DNA from: Longimicrobiales bacterium
GTDB lineage: Bacteria; Gemmatimonadota; Gemmatimonadetes; Longimicrobiales; Gaopeijiaceae
Direction: 5' to 3'
Assembly: GCA_965226375.1 (NCBI GenBank)
Contig: CBDDCX010000008.1
Span: 192,001-256,000 of the forward strand
DNA: 64,000 nucleotides
Positions 29,615 through 39,080 of this stretch are shown piece by piece. A model generated the notes under the pieces. It saw nothing but the letters and a program-made list of their open reading frames with translations. It was not told where the DNA came from and searched no databases. The position numbers and the translations under genes were made by a program. Positions within the stretch are counted from its first letter, which is position 1; every line of letters starts with the position of its first letter.

Positions 29615-30931
29615 ATGTCTAAGCACGTGTGGCTCAGAGTTCTTTGCATTGCCGGGATGACCGTCGCCTGCGATTCCTCACCTTCTCCCGACGCGGGGCC
29701 GGCCGAGACCGAGCGGGCGATCCGGGACGACGGCATTCTGCGACTGGCGGCCATCAACCTCGGCCTCAACGCGAACCAACCCGACGTCAGGGAGCGCCAG
29801 GATCTCTACCTTTCGACCAAGCCCGGCACGGATCATTCCCACCTCGTGGATGCCACCGAGGGCTTCGACCTCATGTGCACCAACGAGATGTACACATGGA
29901 GCGAGGAAGACTCCTACGTGGTGATGGTCGAAGATCTCAGCTCGGTGTTTCCGTATCAGCTCAAGGGCGCGGCCTCGAGTGACCTGTCGGGCTGTGCCTG
30001 TGACCAGGAGGACTGGGCCGCATACGTCGAACCGTTCAGGGAGTGCGTACGTGAAGACCCACAGCGGGACCTTCTGACCTGTTTCAATGCCCCGATCACT
30101 CAGATGGGGCAGGGAGACGAGCAGTGGAGTCCGTGGCGTTGCACTCGCTGTTTAACCGCGACGGTACTGAAGACGTTCATCGACTATACACTGCCCCTCG
30201 AGGAGCAGCAGGCTCTGGTCGACGATATGGACTTCTCGACGTGCCAGGGTGAGCCTGTGCTCGCCCAGTGCCCGAACTGTGAGGGCAAGTCCGGCGTGGC
30301 GATCCACTCCAAGTACCCGATCGTCGAAGAGGACAGGATGACGTTCCCGTTCAGCTGGAGTTCGACTCGCGGAGTGCTCTACGCCAAGATCGACCATCCG
30401 AGTGGGCCGATCCACGCATTCTGCTCCCACATCGCAGAGTCTGGCACGGCCAAGTTCCGGTACCCCGGCTTCGAGGAGATCACCGGCAGCGAAGATGAGA
30501 ATCTTCAGCATATCCGCTGGACGATGGAATACATGGACTCGAAGGACATTCCGGCCGACGAGACCACGCTCTTCATGGGCGACGTCAATGTCGGTCCTGA
30601 CGGCGGCGAGCGTTACTTCCCGGATTTTCCCGACAACTTTGCCGCGTTTACCGACGCGGGGTACGTCTCGCTCGTTCACCAAGACGAGGGGCCCTGCACG
30701 GAGTGTGCCGACAACCCACTCTTCGTGGCCCAAAACGCGCAGTGGGACAATCCGGCCATTCCCAACCAGACGACCCATCTCCTGATGCGGGGTGGCCCCT
30801 GGCAGATCGTCCCGGGGTCGTCAGACAACTTCATGACTGAGGATGTGACGCTCCGAGACGGCGAAGTGACCAAGTGGTCGGACAAGTACGGTATGAGTGT
30901 CGATCTGAGGCTGACCGACCTACAGCGGTAG
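29615..30931 (+). CDS. Cys-rich lipoprotein of the endonuclease/exonuclease/phosphatase fold
   Basis: Lipobox TVAC; AINLGL, LMCTNE, SKYPI, FCSH, MGDVN, WSDKYG. Confidence 0.75.
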   Translation: MSKHVWLRVLCIAGMTVACDSSPSPDAGPAETERAIRDDGILRLAAINLGLNANQPDVRERQDLYLSTKPGTDHSHLVDATEGFDLMCTNEMYTWSEEDSYVVMVEDLSSVFPYQLKGAASSDLSGCACDQEDWAAYVEPFRECVREDPQRDLLTCFNAPITQMGQGDEQWSPWRCTRCLTATVLKTFIDYTLPLEEQQALVDDMDFSTCQGEPVLAQCPNCEGKSGVAIHSKYPIVEEDRMTFPFSWSSTRGVLYAKIDHPSGPIHAFCSHIAESGTAKFRYPGFEEITGSEDENLQHIRWTMEYMDSKDIPADETTLFMGDVNVGPDGGERYFPDFPDNFAAFTDAGYVSLVHQDEGPCTECADNPLFVAQNAQWDNPAIPNQTTHLLMRGGPWQIVPGSSDNFMTEDVTLRDGEVTKWSDKYGMSVDLRLTDLQR

Positions 30932-31136
30932 GGATCCGGGTCGAGGATCGAAGTAGCGGGCTCCACTAGCCGACTCGGACGCTTCGCAGGGAGGGGCCCA
31001 AGAAAGGGCACTCCACACGGCTGTGCGGAACGCCCCGGGATGCGAGCCGACGGTCGACGGGCGGAACCCATTCCCCGAAGGGGGGCGCCGGCCGCCGGCG
31101 GCATCCTGACTGCAGAATACCGGAGTCGTTCCGAGC

Positions 31137-31164
31137 CGGGTATTGGACTTTAGTCCAATACCCG
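31137..31164. promoter_or_regulatory. 13-bp-arm palindrome, candidate response-regulator site
   Basis: CGGGTATTGGACT-TT-AGTCCAATACCCG. Confidence 0.5.
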
Positions 31165-31317
31165 CGATGGATGCGCAAGTGAGGTTGGCGGGTGGTTTTG
31201 ACAGGGCCCCGTGCAGATAGTGTCCTTCACGCCGAATGGGCACGCACTGTTCGAGGCGCCGCCCCTACGCGAGCTGTCCCTGGAGCCGGTAACCGACCCA
31301 TTCCGACGGCGATCTCG

Positions 31318-32061
31318 CTACTCGACCGTGCGCCGCAAAGGAAGCATGAACGAGAAGGAGCAGCCTTGGGGAACGTTGCTCTCCACTGATATCGTGCCGC
31401 CATGAGCTTCCACGATCGACTTACAGATAGCCAGGCCCATTCCCAGGCCGCCCGTCTTGGTCGTCACGAACGGCTCAAACACTTCGCTGACTTCCTTTGC
31501 CGGGATACCCGGGCCGGTGTCGCTGACGGTGACCCGCACACCATCCGCTCCGTCGCGGCAGATTACCACCTCGATATCGCCCGCCCCTGATTCGACGTGT
31601 CGGCTAGCATCGATCGCATTCATCAGGAGATTCATGACGACTTGCTGAACCTGAACAGGGTCGACCTCTACAAGGGGTAGATCGGGGGCAACTTCTACGT
31701 TGATGTTGACGTGTGCTCCGAGGGCGTCACTCCAGACTAGGGGCAGTACCCCCTTGACGAGTTCATCGAGCTGGACGCTTTCCTGGGCTACGGTATTCTT
31801 CTGCAACAGGGCACGTAGTCGGTGAATAACCTGACCGGCCCGCTTGTCGTCCGCTACGATATCTTGCAGGATTTCGCTCAGTTCCTCCAAGCTGGGTTTT
31901 TCCCCGGCAAGGATCCGCACGGCGGTCTGTGCGTTCGCCAAGATTGCCGTCAATGGCTGATTCAGTTCATGGGAAATCGAAGCTGCGAGTTCGCCCATCG
32001 ACCTGACGCGTGACACATGAGCCAGTTCGGCGTGATGTCGACTGGCTGCCTCTTCCCTCTC
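31318..32061 (-). pseudogene. FixL-like histidine kinase, N-terminus removed by IS3
   Basis: SISHELNQPL, NLLMNA, DTGPG, GLGMGL; sensor domains absent. Confidence 0.85.
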
Positions 32062-33053
32062 TGCCAACGTACGTGAGACACGGAGCACGCAAAGAATTAG
32101 AGTAGGGCGAAGGCAGAGAAAACGAACATGTTGGGACTGCGAGAGAGAATGGCAGAGAATGGTAGTGCCCCTGGAACCGGGGAGGCCAAGCGAAGCGCGG
32201 CAGCTCCTGCGGACCCGGAGGTAGTAGATAGGCCGCTACGGCGGCGGTTCAGTCCGTCGTACAAGCTGCGGATCGTCGAAGAAGCGGACCGGTGCACCGA
32301 GCCCGGCGAGGTGGGTCAAGTCCTGCGGCGAGAGGGCCTGTACTCGTCGCACCTGACGACGTGGCGCAAGGCGGCGCATAGCGGGTCGCTGAAGGCCCTG
32401 TCGAAGAAACGCGGCCGCAAGCCGGAGCGAAATCCGCTGGATGAGAAGGTACGCAAGCTGGAGCGGCGAAACGCACGGCTCGGGAATGAGCTCAGGAAGG
32501 CACACCTGATCATCGACGTGCAGGGAAAAGTTGCGGGGCTGCTGGGGATAAGCCTCGACGACGGGACAAACTCTTGAAGGCGGCCGATGAGCTGGCTAAG
32601 CACGTCGGTGTAAAACCGGCGTGCGCGGCCCTCGAGGTCTCCCGATCGACGTTGTACCGTCGTCGAGGCCCATCAACCGGGCAACAGCAGCCCCGCCCGA
32701 CGCCCGCCCGGGCATTGAGCGAGACGGAACGAGGCGAGGTCTTCGACACGCTGTGTTCGGAGCGGTTCGTGGACCGCTCACCCGCCGAGGTGGTGGCCAC
32801 GCTGCTCGACGAAGAGGTCTACCTGTGCAGCGAACGCACGATGTATCGTGTTCTGGCCTCCGAGGTGCCGGTTCAGGAACGCCGGGCGCAGCGCACCCAT
32901 CCCGAGTACAAGAAGCCCGAGTTGATGGCCACGGCGCCGAACCAGGTGTGGTCCTGGGATATCACGCGGCTGCTCGGGCCGAAGAAGTGGAGCTATTACT
33001 ACCTCTACGTCATCATGGACATCTACAGCCGCTACGTCGTGGGCTGGATGGTG
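32062..33053 (+). mobile_element. Truncated IS3-family element
   Basis: Left end inferred at TGCCAACGTACGTGAGACAC; orfA/orfB pair; right part missing. Confidence 0.8.
32128..32577 (+). CDS. IS3-family OrfA
   Basis: RRRFSPSYKLRI..LRREGLYSSHLTTWR HTH plus coiled coil. Confidence 0.88.
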   Translation: MLGLRERMAENGSAPGTGEAKRSAAAPADPEVVDRPLRRRFSPSYKLRIVEEADRCTEPGEVGQVLRREGLYSSHLTTWRKAAHSGSLKALSKKRGRKPERNPLDEKVRKLERRNARLGNELRKAHLIIDVQGKVAGLLGISLDDGTNS

Positions 33054-33176
33054 GAAGGGGGAACGGCCCGGCTGCTAGAGGGAGAAAACCACATCCTGTT
33101 GCGGGTGGTCGGGGGTACCTACGCAACGGGAGGGTTCTTCCTGAGCCTCGCTCCGGGAGGCGACGGATCGTACTGA
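32574..33176 (+). pseudogene. IS3-family OrfB, truncated after the first catalytic Asp and fused to foreign sequence
   Basis: PNQVWSWDIT..DIYSRYVVGWMV then unrelated 40 aa; TTGA overlap with orfA. Confidence 0.85.
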
Positions 33177-33370
33177 GCAACTCGATCGCCACGACCACGA
33201 TCCCGGAACATCCGTTTCCGGCTTGCGGAGGGCCTCCAGGGTGTCGGCTGCGAACTCGGCCGCGGAATCGTGCAGAGGGGCGACCCACCTGGCGTTTTCC
33301 CGATCACCCCTCGATCATCCTTTTAGTCTGAGCCGTTGCTGCGGCTGACCACGAGATCTCGGGGGATGTC

Positions 33371-34597
33371 ATGACCGATCGAAGAACCTTTCTCAAGGGG
33401 ATGACGGCGCTGCCGGCCACGACCATGCTGGTGTCTCAGACGGGGTGCGCCACCGTCGATGAGGCGCCTGCTGGCCGAGATTGGTTCGAGGAGTTGAATG
33501 TGAGGCCATTCGTCAACGCGGCGGCGGCGTACTCGGCTCTGGGTGGACGTAACATGTGGCCGGCTGTGGTCGAGGCCATGGAGTACGCCAGGAACCAGAA
33601 CGTCATTATGGAAGAGCTTCAGGAGGCGGTCGGCAGGCGCCTCGCGGAGTTGATCGGATGTGAGGCCGCCATGGTGACGGGAGGAGCGACGTCGTCCATG
33701 ACCCTGGGGACCGCGGCCTGCATCACCGGAACCGACACGGAGCTCATCCGGCGTGTGCCCGACCTTCGCGGGCTGAAGAACGAGGTCATCGTCAAGAGAT
33801 CACATCGCAACGGGTACGACCACGGTGTCCGGAACGCCGGTGTCCGGTTCGTCGAGGTGGACACCACGGACGAGCTCGAGCGGGCGATCAACGACGACAC
33901 AGTCATGATGTTTTTCGTGGCCATATTCGAGATGCGGAGCGACGATGCGGACGGAATCGGGGTCGAAGAGTTCGCGGCCCTGGGCCGCAAGCACGGTGTC
34001 CCCACGATGATCGACGGATCGAACACAGTACCCCCTATGGAAAGGCTCTCCGAGTATCTCGACGCCGGATTCGATCTCGCGTGCTTTTCGGGCGGCAAGG
34101 GGCTTCGCGGCCCGTACAGCGCGGGGATGCTCCTCGGGCGCGAAGATCTCATCGCCGCGGCTCGACTCAACGCCACCCCGAACGCCGACACGGTCGGCCG
34201 CGGCATGAAGGTCAGCAAAGAGGAGGTCCTCGGCATGCTGGCGGCCGTGGAGTTCAGCCAGCAGTACGACCACTCGGTGGAGAACGTCCGCGAGACGGGG
34301 CTGGTCGACCTCTTCGCCGACAAGCTCTCGGTGTTCCCGGGGCTCACCACGCAAGTGTCTTATCCGACCACGGAGGGGGGCCGGCCCCACCTCCAGATCT
34401 TCTGGGACGAGGCTCAGATTCCCGTCACTATCGAGGAGGCGCAGCACGCGCTGCAGGATGGAGAGCCTTCGATCAGAACGCCCTACTTGGTGCTATCGGA
34501 CGGCCAGTTGGAGATCGGTACCGCCATGCTGAAGGACCATGAGGTGGATATAGTGGTCCAGAGGATTGGAGAGGTACTGGCTCCACGCTCTGGCTAA
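33371..34597 (+). CDS. SelA/DgaE-like PLP-dependent enzyme with Tat signal
   Basis: DRRTFLKG leader; FSGGKGLRGP; GRGMKVSKEE. Confidence 0.88.
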   Translation: MTDRRTFLKGMTALPATTMLVSQTGCATVDEAPAGRDWFEELNVRPFVNAAAAYSALGGRNMWPAVVEAMEYARNQNVIMEELQEAVGRRLAELIGCEAAMVTGGATSSMTLGTAACITGTDTELIRRVPDLRGLKNEVIVKRSHRNGYDHGVRNAGVRFVEVDTTDELERAINDDTVMMFFVAIFEMRSDDADGIGVEEFAALGRKHGVPTMIDGSNTVPPMERLSEYLDAGFDLACFSGGKGLRGPYSAGMLLGREDLIAAARLNATPNADTVGRGMKVSKEEVLGMLAAVEFSQQYDHSVENVRETGLVDLFADKLSVFPGLTTQVSYPTTEGGRPHLQIFWDEAQIPVTIEEAQHALQDGEPSIRTPYLVLSDGQLEIGTAMLKDHEVDIVVQRIGEVLAPRSG

Positions 34598-34617
34598 CGC
34601 CGGGATCCTAAAGGCTG

Positions 34618-34800
34618 TTAACGCTTCTTCCCCAGCTTCTCGAACACTTTCTTGAAGTCCGGCCCCGGCGTCTTGCCGACCGGCTCCGTGGGCCGTGGCG
34701 GCGGCGGAGTGCGCGGTGGCTTGGGTGTACAGGGCCACTCGGGGAGCTTGAGCGACGGCTTCTTGTCTCTGGGAGCACGTCCTCGGCTGCTCTTGGCCAT
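34618..34800 (-). CDS. Small basic Pro-rich protein (60 aa)
   Basis: GAGGAGG RBS upstream of ATG; fills an otherwise empty gap. Confidence 0.6.
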   Translation of the reverse strand: MAKSSRGRAPRDKKPSLKLPEWPCTPKPPRTPPPPRPTEPVGKTPGPDFKKVFEKLGKKR

Positions 34801-34888
34801 CAGAAACCTCCTCGATGGATGACCGGCCCATTCGAACCCGCGTTGTCGGACGGCCTGCCTATACTACGCACATGCGTGGCCCAGTGTG

Positions 34889-36046
34889 TCAAGGAGGCGA
34901 CTTCAGGCGCTGTGAATACACGGATCTGAAGGCGGTGGGCCAAAGGGTCAGGCAGTCGTGCTCCGGCGTCGCGTCTTCCGGGCAAGCCATGAAGCCTCGG
35001 GGTCCCGCGATCACGAAGAGGTCTACGCCGCCGTCCCGCCGGAAGACCAAGCGCATGTAGCCCGGTGCGGCCACACCGAAATCCATCCCGGGCACGTCCC
35101 TCAGACGCGTGGTCAGCTTGCTCGCCGACCCGCTCACCAGCGTATACGCAGGGTCGCCAGGTTCGGTGCCTGCGATTACCTGCAGGTTGTGATCGTGGCC
35201 GGATGCGTAGACCAGGGGCGCACCACCGCGGGCGAAGGCGTCCCGAAAACCGACGATCATCTCTTGGTACGTACGGGACGACAGGTCCTGACTGACCGCA
35301 CCGGTCCGGTTGAGGAGCCAACGGACACCGACGGTCGACCAGAGACTCAGGGTGCCTCCGTGCTCCCCGCCGGTCACCAGTGGGTGGTGCGCTGCGACGA
35401 TGACGTCACGATCGTCCGACGCCGCCAAGAGATCCGCGAGGCGCCCGTTCGCCTCGAGAAGCCGATCCTCTGCTTGGCCCTCGGTCAGCCACCACTGTGA
35501 ATCGATCATGACGATCCGGATGCGCTCGCCCAGGTCGAGGTACTCGGGCCCCGCCGACCCGGCTCCGGGCGCGAGCCGCACCAGCGCTCCGGCCGCCCGA
35601 TCTCGGTCGAGTCTCGCCTCAAGATTGCGGAGGCGGGACATAGCTACGGGCTCCGAGGTGTTGGCCCAGTCATGGTTGCCCGAGATGAAAATCGCCCAGG
35701 TTCGGTAGGCCTTCGCCTGCGGACCGGACACGGTGGCGATCTCGTTACCAAGGCGTACGGAGTCCCGGGGAGTATTCTCGTCCAAGGAATCGTGGTAGCC
35801 ACTCGGGTAGACATTGTCCCCCAGAAACAGGACGATCACAGCGGAGTCCCGCGCCAGCGATCCGGACCAACTCTCTACCTCGTTGGCGAGCTTCTGGAGG
35901 ACGGGGCTACCCCCGCCATCGGCTCCCCCGGCGTCGCCGACCAGAAAGACCACGGCCTCCACGTCGTCCGGTCGAGGATCGTCCGCTGCCGGGCCTTCCG
36001 GAAGTGGTGGCTGGGGGTACGCACAACCCACGGCCCCGAAGGCCAT
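34889..36046 (-). CDS. Metallophosphoesterase lipoprotein (true start probably further upstream)
   Basis: GDAG, LGDNVY, GNHD, HHP, GHDH motifs; AVGC lipobox. Confidence 0.88.
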   Translation of the reverse strand: MAFGAVGCAYPQPPLPEGPAADDPRPDDVEAVVFLVGDAGGADGGGSPVLQKLANEVESWSGSLARDSAVIVLFLGDNVYPSGYHDSLDENTPRDSVRLGNEIATVSGPQAKAYRTWAIFISGNHDWANTSEPVAMSRLRNLEARLDRDRAAGALVRLAPGAGSAGPEYLDLGERIRIVMIDSQWWLTEGQAEDRLLEANGRLADLLAASDDRDVIVAAHHPLVTGGEHGGTLSLWSTVGVRWLLNRTGAVSQDLSSRTYQEMIVGFRDAFARGGAPLVYASGHDHNLQVIAGTEPGDPAYTLVSGSASKLTTRLRDVPGMDFGVAAPGYMRLVFRRDGGVDLFVIAGPRGFMACPEDATPEHDCLTLWPTAFRSVYSQRLKSPP

Positions 36047-36102
36047 CAGGAGCGTGCCGTTTCGGAGGACCGTCCGGACTACGCCGGATCCGAGCGGGAT
36101 GT

Positions 36103-36603
36103 TCAGAACGGGAGCCTGATCAACAGGGGAATACCATCGGAATCCCGAATGTCCTCGCCGTCACTGTGGGACGAGATGAGGCCCGCCACACCGCCCACCA
36201 CCAACCCGACGGCGCCTCCGATTACCCCTCCTGCCCATCGCCGCTGTGGATCGTCCCAAACCCAGTCGCCGACCAGGGCTCCGATACCGATGCCGGATGC
36301 CCAGCCTACCGTGCCCCAGGTCAAGGTCTCTCCCATGTGCTCGTCAGCGAAAACGCCCAGGGCGAGTCCGGCGGTGAGTCCAATGAAGAGAGGGATCGCC
36401 GCCATCTCGACGGCTTCCTCATCCGACTCGAGGTAGTCGCCGCGCCGAGCTTGAACTGTAATGTAGGCCACACTCAGCCAAGCGCCCGCGCCGGCAAGTG
36501 CTCCGCCAACGATGGCCAGGTCTTGCGACACGGCCGGTCGAGGTGATCCGAACGAAGTTACGGCCATGATTGCCAGGCCGGTCATGGTCAGACGGCCGGT
36601 CAT
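36103..36603 (-). CDS. Secreted/membrane glycine-zipper hypothetical protein
   Basis: ATGA overlap with the glycosylase stop; signal peptide; GxxxG helices. Confidence 0.65.
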   Translation of the reverse strand: MTGRLTMTGLAIMAVTSFGSPRPAVSQDLAIVGGALAGAGAWLSVAYITVQARRGDYLESDEEAVEMAAIPLFIGLTAGLALGVFADEHMGETLTWGTVGWASGIGIGALVGDWVWDDPQRRWAGGVIGGAVGLVVGGVAGLISSHSDGEDIRDSDGIPLLIRLPF

Positions 36604-37220
36604 CGATCGTCGGTGAGTCGCCAGAGAAACCACGCCGCGACGCTTCGTAGGGGCCGCCACACCTCCGCTCGTTCCAGCAACTCCTCCGGCTCCGGACGCC
36701 CTTCAAGCTCATCGAGCATTCGGAGACCCTCTTTCACGCCGAGGTCCCCGGCCGGCATCACGTCGAGACGCCCGAGCTTGAAGATGAGGAACATGTGTGC
36801 CGTCCACTCCCCGACTCCCCACACGGTTGTGAGTCTCCTGACGACCTCGTCGTCTCCATAGCGTCCGATGCTTCTCAGTCCAAGCTCTCCGTTCACGGTC
36901 TTTGTCGCCAAGTCCTTAATGGCTCGCGCCTTGTTCCTCGACAGACCCGCCCCCCGAAGCTCGTCATCCGACAAGCCTAACACCTGATGCGCGGTGGCGA
37001 AGCCCGTGCCCGGCGTAAGGTCTCGTACGCGACCGTAGATGGAGGTTGCCGCCCCGGTGGCGAGCTGCTGGTAGACGATGGACCGAGCTACCGCGTGAAA
37101 GTGTGGACCCCGAAGCACCCCCACCGGGAATCCCGGAAACGGAGGGAGGCCCCTCATGGCTCCTCCCAACGCGGGATCCCTACGCTTCAGTGCCCTCAAT
37201 TGCTCTGCGCTCGGCTTCAT
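36600..37220 (-). CDS. alkA: DNA-3-methyladenine glycosylase II (AlkA family)
   Basis: SIVYQQL, GLSRNK, HhH GVGEWTA, DLG, WRPLRS. Confidence 0.88.
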   Translation of the reverse strand: MKPSAEQLRALKRRDPALGGAMRGLPPFPGFPVGVLRGPHFHAVARSIVYQQLATGAATSIYGRVRDLTPGTGFATAHQVLGLSDDELRGAGLSRNKARAIKDLATKTVNGELGLRSIGRYGDDEVVRRLTTVWGVGEWTAHMFLIFKLGRLDVMPAGDLGVKEGLRMLDELEGRPEPEELLERAEVWRPLRSVAAWFLWRLTDDR

Positions 37221-37295
37221 CGCGGCAAGATGACCCCTTTCGGCCTCGTGAGCCAGGCGGTTATATTACCGAATAAAACCCGAACAAAAAGATCG

Positions 37296-38354
37296 ATGAA
37301 ACAACTGCCGACCCTTCGGGGCAGGGGCGCCACACCCAACCCGCCCAACCGATTCGAGCGCCTTTCGGTGGAGCGTGACGATTGGAGTCTGGCCGAAGAC
37401 CCTGCACCCAGCACCGAGTTTCTGGTGGATTCGTCCAGAAGCGTCATCGCGACCAACTCGAGCCCGGACGTCGGCTTCGACGTGAGCGTGAACCCTTACC
37501 GCGGGTGTGAGCACGGGTGTGTCTACTGCTACGCCCGCCCCACGCACGAGTACCTCGGCCTCTCGGCCGGTCTGGACTTCGAGTCCAAGATCTTCGTCAA
37601 GCGTGACGCTCCCAAGCTGCTGCGAAGGGAACTGGCCTCGCCCCGCTGGAAGCCTAAGCCCTTGGCTATGTCGGGCGTCACGGATCCGTATCAACCGATC
37701 GAGCGGCGCATGCGCATCACACGTGGATGCCTGGAGGTCATTGCCGAGTTCCGGAACCCGGTGGTGATCGTCACGAAGAGTTTTCTGGTGACGAGGGATA
37801 TAGACCTGCTGACCGAACTCGCGCGGCACGATGCGGTGGGGGTAGCCGTGTCGATCACAACCCTGGATGCGAGCCTGCATGGGACGATGGAGCCGCGGGC
37901 CGCGACCCCGGCACGCCGCCTGGAGACCATTCGGCGGTTGAGCGAGGCGGGCATTCCGGTTGCCGTCTTCGTGTCGCCCATCATTCCCGGGCTCAACGAT
38001 CATGAGATCCCCGCTATTCTGGGGGCGGCGGCGGACCACGGGGCCACATCCGCGAGCTGTGTACCGATTCGCCTTCCCTTCGCCGTGAAGGACCTCTTCG
38101 TGGACTGGCTGGGCCGGCACTATCCGGACCGGAAGGACAAGGTCGTGAATCGTATCAGGGCCATGCGGGGCGGTCGCCTGAACGATCCTCGTCTCGGTTC
38201 GCGGATGAAGGGAGAGGGGCCTATGGCGGAGCAGGTGATGGAGCTCTTCAGAGTCTCGCGTCAGCGTGTAGGCCTCGCCGGGGGCCTTCCGACTTTGTCC
38301 ACGAAGGCCTTCCGGTGTCCCGGAGCGGTCGAGCAGCTCGGGTTGGGCGTTTAG
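37296..38354 (+). CDS. PA0069-family radical SAM protein (SplB-like)
   Basis: NPYRGCEHGCVYCYARPTH; TDPYQPIE. Confidence 0.92.
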   Translation: MKQLPTLRGRGATPNPPNRFERLSVERDDWSLAEDPAPSTEFLVDSSRSVIATNSSPDVGFDVSVNPYRGCEHGCVYCYARPTHEYLGLSAGLDFESKIFVKRDAPKLLRRELASPRWKPKPLAMSGVTDPYQPIERRMRITRGCLEVIAEFRNPVVIVTKSFLVTRDIDLLTELARHDAVGVAVSITTLDASLHGTMEPRAATPARRLETIRRLSEAGIPVAVFVSPIIPGLNDHEIPAILGAAADHGATSASCVPIRLPFAVKDLFVDWLGRHYPDRKDKVVNRIRAMRGGRLNDPRLGSRMKGEGPMAEQVMELFRVSRQRVGLAGGLPTLSTKAFRCPGAVEQLGLGV

Positions 38355-38496
38355 GGCTAATCCTCTCCGGCGAGATGCCCGGCCAGTCGATGCGGGCGGC
38401 GGCGAAACGTAAGCGATATCATCGTTCGTAGTGTATGGGGAGGCGATGAATACGTTCGCGGAGCGGTATCGTCAGACGTTCGCAGGAGGTTCAACA

Positions 38497-38991
38497 GTGT
38501 CATTCGCACTAGCACTCCTCGTGGTGTTCCTCATGGCAGCGGCTCTACTGGTCGTTCCGTTGGGTTTGCCGGGCGTTTGGATCATGGTGCTGCTCCTGCT
38601 GGCCGGAACGTTCACCGGTGCGCTGTCCTGGCCCCTTTGGTCCTTCCTCGCAGGCCTCGTCTTCGTGGCGGAAGTCGGCGAGTTTTGGATACTCGAGAGC
38701 ATGGGTGATCGCTACGGGGCATCGAGGCGGGCCTTCTGGGGAGCGATCCTGGGTGGTTTCGTGGGCGTGATCGTAGGCACGCCGATCCCGGTGATCGGAT
38801 CCCTCGTGGCCGGCTTCCTTGGGACATTCGCCGGTGCGGGTCTGGTGACCCTCTGGGAGTCCCGTTCCATCGGTGAGGCTTCCAGGGTTGGGTCGGGCGT
38901 CCTTCTGGCGCGCACACTGGCGATCGGGTTGAAGATCAGTGTGGGTGTGGTGGTGCTGGTGGTGGGTGGCCTCGGCATGGTGTTCGGCTAG
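38497..38991 (+). CDS. DUF456 membrane protein
   Basis: GLPG, YGASRRAFWGAILGG; AGGAGG before GTG 38497. Confidence 0.82.
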   Translation: MSFALALLVVFLMAAALLVVPLGLPGVWIMVLLLLAGTFTGALSWPLWSFLAGLVFVAEVGEFWILESMGDRYGASRRAFWGAILGGFVGVIVGTPIPVIGSLVAGFLGTFAGAGLVTLWESRSIGEASRVGSGVLLARTLAIGLKISVGVVVLVVGGLGMVFG

Positions 38992-39080
38992 GGACGGTAT
39001 GCCTGAGTTCCCCGAAATCGTCGCCTATCTTCGGGCTCTCGAAGGTCGACTCGTGGGTCAGGTGCTGGAGAGGGTCTGAA

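Noticed and set aside
30960..31130. Possible riboswitch/ncRNA in GC-rich gaps (also 16520-16625, 33180-33370)
   Set aside because: No family motif recognisable by eye; an Rfam/Infernal scan would be needed.
33371..34597. True selenocysteine synthase selA
   Set aside because: Tat leader, DgaE-like GRGMKVSKE motif, and no selB/C/D in the window.
39077..39079. Fpg TGA as selenocysteine or recoding
   Set aside because: The position suits Arg rather than Cys, no SECIS was recognised, and TGA is a normal stop throughout the window.
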